Shown here one piece after another: positions 19,453 to 29,134 of a stretch of DNA of 51,349 nucleotides (position 1 is the first letter of the stretch; every line of letters starts with the position of its first letter). The stretch is from the sequence record SRR20825006_41; one strand, given 5' to 3'. The position numbers were made by a program, and so were the translations under genes. The notes beneath the pieces were generated by a model, which saw nothing but the letters and a program-made list of their open reading frames with translations, was not told the DNA's origin and searched no databases.

Positions 19453-20396
19453 TTAAAAAGCTTTTGTCCTTTACCGGTTATTTTTAAGCTAGTTAAACCC
19501 ATATAATATTTAAACCAAAGTTTCAAAATATAAGAGTCAATCATTTGAAGCTGGAGAAGACTATTCTCAAGGCTTGTTAGAAGCGCTGGACTCTTATAAA
19601 GGAATGGGGTAAACCTAATAAGCTCCTTAAAATAAAATTGCTTAAGCTTTTTAGAAAGCAATTTCCTCTCCTTGAGGTTGTCAATGTATTTGGCTTGTGC
19701 CTTGAAGATGGAGATTAAAACTTCTGGAGTTTGTTTTCTATAAATTGATTCAGATATACTATCGCCGTGAAGTAAATAAATTCTAGAATAATCTTCCACT
19801 ATAGCTATTTTAGGATCAGCTAATAGTATTCTTCTGAAAAAGTCACGGTCTTGGCCGCCTAAAAGGTACTCATCAAATAATTTCTTGTCTTTTAAAAATG
19901 AGTTTTTAAACATTGGGTCTGGCAGATACCATGTAATATTACGAGTCAGGAAGTCCTCGAGTAAATTCAAGGTCAGTCTTGTACGCAACTCATTTTGATA
20001 GTTGTTTGAGCCTAATTTAGAAATAATAGTTTTAGACAAAACAAAGTCATAATGGCCTTCAGAATGTTTTTCAACTTTACTCTGAAGAAATGTAGGTTTC
20101 ATCAAGTCATCAGAATCAAACCAATTGACATATTTTCCTCTAGCATGTTCAAAACCAAAATTACGACAGGCGTTAGCTCCTTTGGGTCTGTCATCAGGAC
20201 GAATCAACACGTTGAATCGGGGATCTTCGTCTTCAAATTCCTTCAATATATTCATAGATTCATCCGTACTGTGATCGTCAACAAGTAAACACTCCCAATT
20301 GAGATAAGTTTGAGCCTTTAAAGAATGGAGTGTATCCCTTAGATGAGCTTCCCGGTTGTAAACAGGAATAATTATAGAAACCAAATCAGTCATCAA
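19449..20396 (-). CDS. Glycosyltransferase family 2
   Basis: SIIIPVYNR, VDDHSTD, KGANACRNFG, WFDSDD. Confidence 0.92.
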   Translation of the reverse strand: MMTDLVSIIIPVYNREAHLRDTLHSLKAQTYLNWECLLVDDHSTDESMNILKEFEDEDPRFNVLIRPDDRPKGANACRNFGFEHARGKYVNWFDSDDLMKPTFLQSKVEKHSEGHYDFVLSKTIISKLGSNNYQNELRTRLTLNLLEDFLTRNITWYLPDPMFKNSFLKDKKLFDEYLLGGQDRDFFRRILLADPKIAIVEDYSRIYLLHGDSISESIYRKQTPEVLISIFKAQAKYIDNLKERKLLSKKLKQFYFKELIRFTPFLYKSPALLTSLENSLLQLQMIDSYILKLWFKYYMGLTSLKITGKGQKLFK

Positions 20397-21214
20397 AATA
20401 CTTTTCCCAATTTGTTTTGAATTCTTTTTTTCAACTTCCTTAGACCTAACTTATACTTAAAAAACTCATCCTTATAGACTTCAGCTTCTACAGCAAGATC
20501 GTTTGAATCGGGTGCATACCAATCTATAATACTGTTTATCCGTTTGGTTTGCACAGCATTTTTTCCATAAGCTCTGGCATACCAGGTATGAATGAGAAAA
20601 GGTTTGTTAGCCCAATCATAGACTCGTGTTGCCAGTTCGTCTTTATCGGGATGTAAAAGATCTGCATCTAGAAAAAGGAACTTATAATTTTTACGTTTGA
20701 GCCATAAAAAGAAACAGTAATAAGGCTCATAAAGTGAAGTTGCATCAAATCCAATTTGAAGGTTATTTAAATCTTCGGTAAACTCATTAGGATTGCTATA
20801 CTGTTGTTTTAGTATTTCCTTTCTACAGTAAATGGTAGCGATAGATTCATAATCAAGAACACAAAAAAAGGTATTGGGCACATAGGGATTGTGCCTGCGA
20901 TTGGGCATTGTTCCCCCGTCACGCACGCCAGCGACTGTATAGTTAGCCGACTCCATTTCTTCAATTATCCTTGTGAGTGCTCTGTTTTCCAGAAATAGAA
21001 CATCTTCATCTGCCAAAATCAGCCATTTGACATCCTCAAGCGGTAACTTTTCAAATGCATAGAATAAGCTGTCCAGCCCATACATACCTTCTCGCCCATC
21101 GATTACGAGTTTTCGAATTTCAGCCGGTTGATAAGACCTCGTCTTCTCATAAAGGTCGAAATTAGCCACTGTAGTCAATAGCGCGATTTTAGAATAATCT
21201 ATTCCGGTTTCCAA
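20393..21214 (-). CDS. Hypothetical protein, possible GT-A-fold transferase
   Basis: 273 aa ORF overlapping both neighbours; WLILADEDVLF (DxD-like), HTWYAR. Confidence 0.55.
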   Translation of the reverse strand: METGIDYSKIALLTTVANFDLYEKTRSYQPAEIRKLVIDGREGMYGLDSLFYAFEKLPLEDVKWLILADEDVLFLENRALTRIIEEMESANYTVAGVRDGGTMPNRRHNPYVPNTFFCVLDYESIATIYCRKEILKQQYSNPNEFTEDLNNLQIGFDATSLYEPYYCFFLWLKRKNYKFLFLDADLLHPDKDELATRVYDWANKPFLIHTWYARAYGKNAVQTKRINSIIDWYAPDSNDLAVEAEVYKDEFFKYKLGLRKLKKRIQNKLGKVF

Positions 21215-22113
21215 AAAATAGATGCTTGAGGCAATGACAAATAGGCTTTAAGCCTTTCGTTAGAAAACCTTAAGTCCAGCTTTTGTCGATGTTGTCTATT
21301 TTGAATGAGCGCTAATCCCGCCTTGCCTATACGCATCAGAATAGTGAAATCTCCTTTTAAAAATTTCAGCCTTAATTGTTCTTTTATAGAATACATAATC
21401 TTAAACCAGGCTTTTTGTTTGGGATAAAAGATCAAATAGTTACTCCATGCAGCCTGTAAAGCCCATTGGGTCCTTAAGCTGGTTTCTTCAGCGCTCTTTT
21501 TTCGATTCTTCAGTGATACCCGATGATGAACGAGCACTTTTGGAAAATAGAACACCATTTGTTCCGCCCTGAATAATTTCATTGCGGCAAAGTCCTCTTC
21601 TCCATAGAAATGATACCATTCCGGATAAAATTTTATGAAGTTATCCCAGGCACTTTTACGCATCAGGTGAGCACCTCCCAAAAAATTACTTACCTGGTAG
21701 GTATTCTCAGACGTTTTTTGACTCGCCGGCTTTTGCAGCCCCCAAAAAAGCCTAAAAGATAACACAGCACAATTGAGATTCGCGTCCATAAACGACATTG
21801 CTTTTTCTAATTCTTCAGGATTTAAAAAGTGTGCGTCATCATCAAGGGAAAGAACGTATTCTGTGGGAGCGGCTTGCATCAATTGATTTCGACTGGCTAT
21901 CAATCCCATATTAACTGTATTCTGAAATATATTGATCTCTGGATATTCGCTCGAGATGTATTCAAAAGTGCTGTCTGTAGATGCGTCATCCCAAATGTAA
22001 ATCCCCTCATCAGCAATAACTTCTCGCAAGGCATTCAAGGTAAAAATTAATTCCTTTTTGCGGTTAAAAGTGGTTATCAATATACTTATCTCTTTGGAGT
22101 TAAGCAGAGGCAT
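21199..22113 (-). CDS. Glycosyltransferase family 2
   Basis: SILITTFNR, WDDASTD, GLIASRN, SLDDDA, YGEEDF. Confidence 0.9.
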   Translation of the reverse strand: MPLLNSKEISILITTFNRKKELIFTLNALREVIADEGIYIWDDASTDSTFEYISSEYPEINIFQNTVNMGLIASRNQLMQAAPTEYVLSLDDDAHFLNPEELEKAMSFMDANLNCAVLSFRLFWGLQKPASQKTSENTYQVSNFLGGAHLMRKSAWDNFIKFYPEWYHFYGEEDFAAMKLFRAEQMVFYFPKVLVHHRVSLKNRKKSAEETSLRTQWALQAAWSNYLIFYPKQKAWFKIMYSIKEQLRLKFLKGDFTILMRIGKAGLALIQNRQHRQKLDLRFSNERLKAYLSLPQASIFWKPE

Positions 22114-23353
22114 TTAGGAGGTTTTGAATTTGTTTATTAAGGTACTCCGATGAAAAATAGTCCTGTAAATCGGCACGGTTTAAATGCCAAGATTCTGCAT
22201 TTGTATTTTTCCACTCGAGGTACAGCTCAGAAAGAATTCTGGCGATCTGTTTTGGGTGGTCTGCATCACTTTGCAAGGGATAATCTTTTCCAAGTAATCT
22301 TCGTACCTCACTTTTTTCTGGACTTAAAGTTAAAATAGGCTTATTGGCCATCACGCTATGAGCCATCTTGGCCGGTAAAAACGGACTGAAGTCGGTATCA
22401 CTTGCCTCAATGATAAGGTTTACCGAAGCAGCTTGCTGTAGTGCTAGAGATTCCCCATAAGAAACACCCGGATGAAAAATAAACTGTGGAGCAAGCTCAT
22501 ATGCATTCATCAATTCTCTATAATTACTGGAAGGCCCCACTAAATACAAATAGCTCTCCTGTCTCGCTTCTTCCTGACTTTCTAAAAAAAGTTGAAATCC
22601 TTTTAACAACCCTTCAGGTGATCTACCTCCTATTAAATTTCCGGTATGAACAATATTAAATGCATCTTCCTTAAAAAATGAAGGTAGTGAAACCCCGGAA
22701 ATTAGGTTATCGTATTGATGTGGAATGACTACAGATTTTTCTTTAAACTCTGGATAAAATCCTGTCATATGATCCGCTAAAAGACGTGATGGAAAGCCTG
22801 CAAATTTGCAATGGACAGCTACTTTTTTAAAAAAATGATCTTTCTGTTTTGCCCCTTTAGGAACAAAGGTATAGGGCCAGGGATAATTTTGAAAGGGATA
22901 GGGATCATGTACATAAGCCAGCCATTTTTGATGCAATTCCGGTAGTTGTAACAAGGCGTGGTGCGGTCTAAAACTCTCCCCTTTACTAAGGGTTATAATT
23001 AAGTAAAATTTGGTTGCCTTGAATCTCTTGATTGTTTTGACAATTGAATTACTATCATTGAAAAATGTAAAACTAAATCCAAAGCTATTTTCTAAGAATA
23101 TTGACCAGTCGACACCCAGATTACATTGTATAGTACGTTGAATTCCACCAAGTACATGGTATAGGTTGTATCTTCTTTGTTTTGCTAAAAAACAGGTAGT
23201 CCCTTCTATTTGAATCTCGCGCTGAGTATAGTGAATGACAGTTACTTCATAACCTGAAGCCACAAGACTTTTAATAAAGGCCACATTAGCTTTAGAGCCG
23301 CTGCTGTCTTCGGGATTAATAGAGTCTGTAACAATTAAAATCTTATGCGGCAT
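22100..23353 (-). CDS. GT-B-fold glycosyltransferase (GT4-like, divergent)
   Basis: YVHDPYP, IVHTGNL..GRSP, FLPAKM...MANKPIL. Confidence 0.7.
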   Translation of the reverse strand: MPHKILIVTDSINPEDSSGSKANVAFIKSLVASGYEVTVIHYTQREIQIEGTTCFLAKQRRYNLYHVLGGIQRTIQCNLGVDWSIFLENSFGFSFTFFNDSNSIVKTIKRFKATKFYLIITLSKGESFRPHHALLQLPELHQKWLAYVHDPYPFQNYPWPYTFVPKGAKQKDHFFKKVAVHCKFAGFPSRLLADHMTGFYPEFKEKSVVIPHQYDNLISGVSLPSFFKEDAFNIVHTGNLIGGRSPEGLLKGFQLFLESQEEARQESYLYLVGPSSNYRELMNAYELAPQFIFHPGVSYGESLALQQAASVNLIIEASDTDFSPFLPAKMAHSVMANKPILTLSPEKSEVRRLLGKDYPLQSDADHPKQIARILSELYLEWKNTNAESWHLNRADLQDYFSSEYLNKQIQNLLNASA

Positions 23354-24282
23354 CTCTTTTTAAAGCTTAAATAGAAACCTACGATCTCGCTAAAATTGTA
23401 CAAAAACCATAGTTTTGATAAATCAATAAAGTTTAAAGGTGGTTTTCTTAGGACCTCCTTATAAATAGACTTCTCTTTTTTAATCACTGCTTTCCAAACA
23501 AAAAATTTTGCCAGACCATAACTCAGCTTTTTAGCCTCTAACAAATTATTTATGCACAAATGATAGGCTTTGATAAGACTTCTAGTGTATCTAAAATCTC
23601 CATTAAAGAAAGCTCCAGTATTACTTTTCTGATGCTTCCTATTGAAATACAATACGACATTTATTCGCCCGCCTATCCGTTCTTTAATAAGTAACCGAGA
23701 ATAAAATTCAAGTTCTTCGGCATAATACAAATCCTCTTTAAACCGCTCATTAGAAAGCGCTGTTCTTTTCCACATAACAGAGCAACTTGCTAATGGTATT
23801 CTATTGTCTAGAACATCAACAAGCCTTTTGTAAGTGACATCATCAATTTGCTTGAATCCTTGTACTTTAATAAAAGTTGGAATGCAATCTTCAAATGGTT
23901 TTAACTTGTAATGTATAAAGTCTAAATTATCATTATCAAGCACTTTGATACATATTTCTAGATTCTGAGGATGTAATATATCATCATCATCTACAAATAG
24001 AATATACTTTGATCTTAAATTTTTGGTTAGATCTAAACCAAAGTTTCGTGTTGCAGAAAGCCCTTGGACATAGTTATTAGGCTTCTTAAAATAAAAAAAA
24101 CGTGAATCTGTATTTATAAATTGGTCAACTACCTCCTCTGTGTTATCGGTAGAATTATCATCTGTAATATAACACTCAAAATGGTTATGAGTTTGATTTT
24201 GTATGGACTCTAAAGTTTGCAGTATTAAATGAGCCCTATTAAATGTCGCTAATAAGATAGTAACCTTGGAGTTAGACTTCAA
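23335..24282 (-). CDS. Glycosyltransferase family 2
   Basis: TILLATFNR, TDDNSTD, GLSATRNFG, FVDDDD. Confidence 0.9.
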   Translation of the reverse strand: MKSNSKVTILLATFNRAHLILQTLESIQNQTHNHFECYITDDNSTDNTEEVVDQFINTDSRFFYFKKPNNYVQGLSATRNFGLDLTKNLRSKYILFVDDDDILHPQNLEICIKVLDNDNLDFIHYKLKPFEDCIPTFIKVQGFKQIDDVTYKRLVDVLDNRIPLASCSVMWKRTALSNERFKEDLYYAEELEFYSRLLIKERIGGRINVVLYFNRKHQKSNTGAFFNGDFRYTRSLIKAYHLCINNLLEAKKLSYGLAKFFVWKAVIKKEKSIYKEVLRKPPLNFIDLSKLWFLYNFSEIVGFYLSFKKRCRIRF

Positions 24283-24283
24283 A

Positions 24284-25255
24284 CTAACGTATGAATTTTA
24301 AAATTTGGCGCCAATGCGATAACCCGAAAAGTCTTAATGCTAAAAACGATGCTTTAACGTTTCCAAAATCCTTTTGCTTCACATAAGCTTTAAAGAGATA
24401 ATAGCGTTTTATACGAAGGACTTTTAAAACCTCTTGTTTAGTGAAGGGATGCTTAGAATTTTTAAGTTGTTCAAAAAATACAAGTCCGGCTTTAAGCTGT
24501 CCCCAATTTATAGATCTTGTTGGCCAAATGTAGGTTAGTACTGTTTTATCGGGATATTGAATGCGCTCATAGTCAAATAGACTAAACATACGAAACATAC
24601 TCTGTTTCGCACTTTCAACCTGTTTTCGATTCTGAACTTTTGAAATTTGATTAGTATGAACCCGATAAATTAACAGCGCTTCCTCTAAATTGGCTAATTG
24701 TTTCCCCGACGCTGCCAAACGGGTGAATAAATCGTAATCTTCTGCGGGCTCTTTTATGGGATCGTATTTATATTGTTTAAAAATTTCAGTCCGTCCCATT
24801 ATGCTTGGGTGTATCAGCGAACTACCTAAAAGCAAATTTGCCCATACTTTCTCTGGTTCTTCTGGGTAATTAAACTTGAGTTTGCTACCCTGCACTATTG
24901 CATCCGTTCCACATATCTCGACAGGTTGGTTTTGCTCTAAAAAAAGCAATTGCTTTTCAAAACGTTGTGGCAGGCTTATATCATCTGCATCCATTCTGGC
25001 AATATATTTACCACGAGCCTGATCAATACCCCAATTCAAACTTTCGGTATAACCTGTATTTTTTTTCTTTACGTGCAGAAAAATTCGAGGGTCATCAAAA
25101 CGCTCTACCACTTTTAGTGTATTATCGGTAGAGCAATCATCAATAACCAGAAGTTCAAAATCAGGTTCTGTTTGGTCAAGAATACTTTGTATACTTTCTG
25201 CAATGAAATTTTCAGCATTGTAAACCGGTAAAAGAACAGATATTAAGGGCTTCAT
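24284..25255 (-). CDS. Glycosyltransferase family 2
   Basis: SVLLPVYN, IDDCSTD, IARMDADD, AEDYDL. Confidence 0.93.
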   Translation of the reverse strand: MKPLISVLLPVYNAENFIAESIQSILDQTEPDFELLVIDDCSTDNTLKVVERFDDPRIFLHVKKKNTGYTESLNWGIDQARGKYIARMDADDISLPQRFEKQLLFLEQNQPVEICGTDAIVQGSKLKFNYPEEPEKVWANLLLGSSLIHPSIMGRTEIFKQYKYDPIKEPAEDYDLFTRLAASGKQLANLEEALLIYRVHTNQISKVQNRKQVESAKQSMFRMFSLFDYERIQYPDKTVLTYIWPTRSINWGQLKAGLVFFEQLKNSKHPFTKQEVLKVLRIKRYYLFKAYVKQKDFGNVKASFLALRLFGLSHWRQILKFIR

Positions 25256-25271
25256 AATTCATAATTTTTAA

Positions 25272-26276
25272 TCAACAACGCGTTTTACTAATTAACCGAA
25301 AACTCTTCTCAAGACCAAATTTTTTATGAAATAAGACTTCGTGTCTTAAAAAGATAATATTGATTAAATCCTTAAATTTCATTTTGCCTTCTGATACATT
25401 CCAAACCTGTCTTAGGATCAAATAGAAATTCAGTTTTGTTTCTTTCCAAGTTAGAGTTGGATTATTTTTAACTAAAGCTTTTAAAGCTGACTCATTCAAA
25501 TTATAATGGTAAATGAGTTTGGAAATATTTTTAAATTCACCTAAAAACATCTGACTTAAAAAATCTACCAGTTTCTGATTCTCAAAGCCTAAAAAACTCT
25601 TGTAAAGTTGATTTACCGCTAAAATGAATTTTTGATTAATTTCACGATCATCATGAATCTTAGAAGTCAAACTTTCAGTGTGACAACGGTATCCATATAA
25701 CACTTGATCCAAAAATCCTATTTTAAATTTTTTTGAAATTCGCAGCCAGTAATCATAGTCTTCTATTAAAAAAAGATTGCTATTGTAAAATCCTATTTTT
25801 TCAAAAACTATTCTTTTGTACATAAACGATGCCCCAATTGGGTTTGTAAAGAGAAGGGCATTTAAGTCGTAAATTTTATTATTATGCAAGATCTTTTCCT
25901 CACTCGATATATACTCCTCTTTAGAATACAAGAACTGATAATCAGTTTTCTCAAATGATTCAAGAAAGACTTCTATAAAATGTTCTTTTAAAACATTATC
26001 GTGCGAAGTCCAAGTTAAAAAATCCCCTTGCGCTAAAGAAAAACCTTTATTGAGTGATGCCGGTAATTTTATATTTTCGGGATTAGCATGTACTTGAACC
26101 CTTGAATCTTGAAAAGTATAAGCCTTAGCTATTTCAAGACTATGATCTGTAGAACAATCATCAATTATAATTAATTCAAAGTTCAGATGTGTTTGCCTTA
26201 ATATACTTTCAACTGCTTGTTTCAAATAACGTTCTCCATTGAATACAGGCAATACAATTGAAACTTTACCGTTCAT
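25272..26276 (-). CDS. Glycosyltransferase family 2
   Basis: SIVLPVFNG, IDDCSTD, LPASLN.GF, TWTSHDN, IEDYDYW. Confidence 0.92.
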   Translation of the reverse strand: MNGKVSIVLPVFNGERYLKQAVESILRQTHLNFELIIIDDCSTDHSLEIAKAYTFQDSRVQVHANPENIKLPASLNKGFSLAQGDFLTWTSHDNVLKEHFIEVFLESFEKTDYQFLYSKEEYISSEEKILHNNKIYDLNALLFTNPIGASFMYKRIVFEKIGFYNSNLFLIEDYDYWLRISKKFKIGFLDQVLYGYRCHTESLTSKIHDDREINQKFILAVNQLYKSFLGFENQKLVDFLSQMFLGEFKNISKLIYHYNLNESALKALVKNNPTLTWKETKLNFYLILRQVWNVSEGKMKFKDLINIIFLRHEVLFHKKFGLEKSFRLISKTRC

Positions 26277-27109
26277 CTTAAAAAGCTTTTAATAAAGCGC
26301 ATAGGCTTTAGAATAAAACGTCCAACTCTAAAATCTATTCCAGTAATTATTTTTAATTTGTTCTTACGCTCGCTTTCAAGCCTTCTAAATGTATCGTCCA
26401 ACAAATAGAAGAAATTTGACTTATAAAGTTCTTGATGTTTTTTGTAGATTCTCAATCTTTTGTTGTAACGTGCATCTTTTATTTTTGATGTAGTTGAATC
26501 TGGATGTCTAAAATAAGTAAATAGACTTTCTTCTATTACATAAGCATTTCCACCCTTTTTAAGTAAACGTATATAAAATTCCCAGTCTTCAAAACCCCTT
26601 AATTCTTGAGCTTCATCATATCCGCCAATATCTTTCCAGTCTAATTTTCTAAATAGTGCACTCCCAAAAGATTGGTTATCAAATAAAAAATCATTTATTG
26701 TTCCTCCAGCAGGTATAATTCTCTCAATGTATTTTTCTCCATCTGTTCTATTCCCAATGCACGTAACTAACTTGACATTGTTATCATTTTTGAGCACCTG
26801 GATTGCCTTTTTACAAAAATCAGCTTCAAAATAATCATCCGCGTCCCAGTTAAGTATGAATTGACCTTTAGCTTTAATAATACCTGTATTGCGCGCTGCA
26901 CCTTGTCCTTTATTTTCTTGGGTTAGCAATACATCAATCTGGTCAAGACAATTTAAAAGTATTTCTTTATTTCTCTTATTTGAGCCATCATCTACTACGA
27001 TGATTTCAAAATCAACTTCTTCCTGAGCTCTCGCAAATTTCAATGCGCGTTTTATAAAATCACCTGAATTGTAATACGGTATTATAATAGATACTTGGGG
27101 TGTATTCAA
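26273..27109 (-). CDS. Glycosyltransferase family 2
   Basis: SIIIPYYN, VVDDGS, GQGAARN, WDADD, GFEDWEF. Confidence 0.92.
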   Translation of the reverse strand: MNTPQVSIIIPYYNSGDFIKRALKFARAQEEVDFEIIVVDDGSNKRNKEILLNCLDQIDVLLTQENKGQGAARNTGIIKAKGQFILNWDADDYFEADFCKKAIQVLKNDNNVKLVTCIGNRTDGEKYIERIIPAGGTINDFLFDNQSFGSALFRKLDWKDIGGYDEAQELRGFEDWEFYIRLLKKGGNAYVIEESLFTYFRHPDSTTSKIKDARYNKRLRIYKKHQELYKSNFFYLLDDTFRRLESERKNKLKIITGIDFRVGRFILKPMRFIKSFLR

Positions 27110-28050
27110 TATCTTATGTATTTAATAACATTGTATCCTTTACCGAAGGTATATCCTGAAAAAATAGCCAGAGGATAAAGTATGCCTTTAAAAAATCCGT
27201 GATACTTAATTAATTTTGAAGTTGTGCTCAAAATTGATTCTGGCCATACGTGCAAACAAGAAAGTTTAAAATTAAGCTGTATATGACCCGATAAAAACCA
27301 TTTCAGATTTTCTTCAGGAGCAATTCCTTCTAGATACTGCACTGTAGTCATTTTTAACTCAGCATTCATTTGATCGAACCATACCGGTCTTTGTAAAGCC
27401 TTGACAACAAAACCATCATTGTGGATTCTTCTGTGGGACAAAATTTGATCAACAAGCTTACCATTAAGCGTGAGGTACAATAGTTTAATATTGTATTGGT
27501 ATTCACTTGCCTGATCACGTATACCTTCGGCAAATTCCAAATGGTCTGCAAATTTGCGTCTTACAAGCAAATCATTTGTAATCCAAGCAACATTAAAAAG
27601 AGCAAAGCGATGTGGAGTCATTACTGCAGTCTTACGGTCTATCTCATAAGGTCGTTCTCGTAATCCATTTTTATCAAAATTCTGACAATCCCCAACCGCA
27701 AAGTCCAGATGATTTTTTTCTACTTCTGATACCAAAACTTCTAAATGATTGGACAACATTAAATCATCGCTGTCAAAAAACTTAATGAGGTCTCCACTAG
27801 TTTTTTTATAACCATAATTGCGACAAGAATTAGCACCTTTTTGAATATGAGCTGGACGAATCTCGTATTTGAACCGTGGATCATCTTTTATAAATTCACG
27901 AACACATTTCTCTGTATCATCTGTTGAACCGTCATCTACAATTATACATTCCCAATCATTAAATGTTTGATTTTGTATAGAACGTAACGTATCGATAATG
28001 TAATTAACACGATTGTATGTTGCTATAATGATAGAAACCTTAGTGCTCAT
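27106..28050 (-). CDS. Glycosyltransferase family 2
   Basis: SIIIATYNR, VDDGSTD, KGANSCRNYG, FFDSDD. Confidence 0.92.
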   Translation of the reverse strand: MSTKVSIIIATYNRVNYIIDTLRSIQNQTFNDWECIIVDDGSTDDTEKCVREFIKDDPRFKYEIRPAHIQKGANSCRNYGYKKTSGDLIKFFDSDDLMLSNHLEVLVSEVEKNHLDFAVGDCQNFDKNGLRERPYEIDRKTAVMTPHRFALFNVAWITNDLLVRRKFADHLEFAEGIRDQASEYQYNIKLLYLTLNGKLVDQILSHRRIHNDGFVVKALQRPVWFDQMNAELKMTTVQYLEGIAPEENLKWFLSGHIQLNFKLSCLHVWPESILSTTSKLIKYHGFFKGILYPLAIFSGYTFGKGYNVIKYIRY

Positions 28051-29062
28051 AAATTGTTTCTAATGGCATATTTAAATGAGTTGATCTAGTTTTTAAACGA
28101 TCAAAATACGTGATTTTTTTAGCTATATGTCGCATTTTATGAAACGAAAAAAAACAGATAAAAATTGATTTTGACAGATAACCGATAAGGCCTAAAGACT
28201 TATAGTTTACAGTAAAAATCAATTTAAAAGGTAAAATGCGCATCCCATGAAAACAGGGATATTGAATTAGATTACGAATAATTAAATAGTTAAAACTAAA
28301 CCTAAACGAATCCTCGTTTTTTAACTTATTCCAAAGTAAAGCCTCAACTTTCTTTAATGCCAGACTCACATTATGTAAATAATCTTCTGAGTTGTGAGCG
28401 GAAGCAATACTACTTGAGTTATTAATACGATAATAATTATCTGGCTCCTTCATATCTAAATAAAGTATAGGATTATGGGTAAGTGCTCGAATATGTAATT
28501 CCCAATCCTGCCAAGCTTTTAAATCTTCATCCCACCCCCCTATTTTATTTAAAAAATCTCTGGACCACAAAGCTCCATTTGTATGCCAAGGCATGTCCTG
28601 CGCAATAAAACGCTGTATCAAATCTGCTATGCTCTCATTCGGTTTTTGAATATTCCAAAGTAACTGCAAATCTCCAGGTACTTTTTTAAAAAGTTGAGTC
28701 CTATACAAATAACAATCGTGATAAGAATGGTCTAAAACGTCTCTAAAGCGATTTTCTAAAGCCTTCGGATGTAAAATATCATCTGAATCTAAGAAAGTAA
28801 TATGTGTCCCGCTTGAATTTTGAAAACCCATATTACGAGCGCCATTTCCACCAGACTTATAAGCCTCAGATCGTTCAAAAAGCTTAAAACGGTTATCGCC
28901 TTTTATTACATTCTGCATTACTTTTCTTGTTGAATCTTCAGAACCATCATCAACTATAATACATTCCCAATTTTCCAAAGTTTGACCTTTTACCGAATTT
29001 AAAGTCTCCCTAATTAAATGAGCTCTATTAAAAACCGGGATTACTATAGAAAAAAAAGTCAA
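28040..29062 (-). CDS. Glycosyltransferase family 2
   Basis: SIVIPVFNR, VDDGSED, GGNGARN.G, FLDSDD, WQDWE. Confidence 0.92.
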   Translation of the reverse strand: MTFFSIVIPVFNRAHLIRETLNSVKGQTLENWECIIVDDGSEDSTRKVMQNVIKGDNRFKLFERSEAYKSGGNGARNMGFQNSSGTHITFLDSDDILHPKALENRFRDVLDHSYHDCYLYRTQLFKKVPGDLQLLWNIQKPNESIADLIQRFIAQDMPWHTNGALWSRDFLNKIGGWDEDLKAWQDWELHIRALTHNPILYLDMKEPDNYYRINNSSSIASAHNSEDYLHNVSLALKKVEALLWNKLKNEDSFRFSFNYLIIRNLIQYPCFHGMRILPFKLIFTVNYKSLGLIGYLSKSIFICFFSFHKMRHIAKKITYFDRLKTRSTHLNMPLETIYEH

Positions 29063-29134
29063 AATGAAGTTTATCTTTAACAGATCTAGATTTAAACTGA
29101 ATTTAACGGTAATTTGCTTCTAGTCAAAAAGTAG

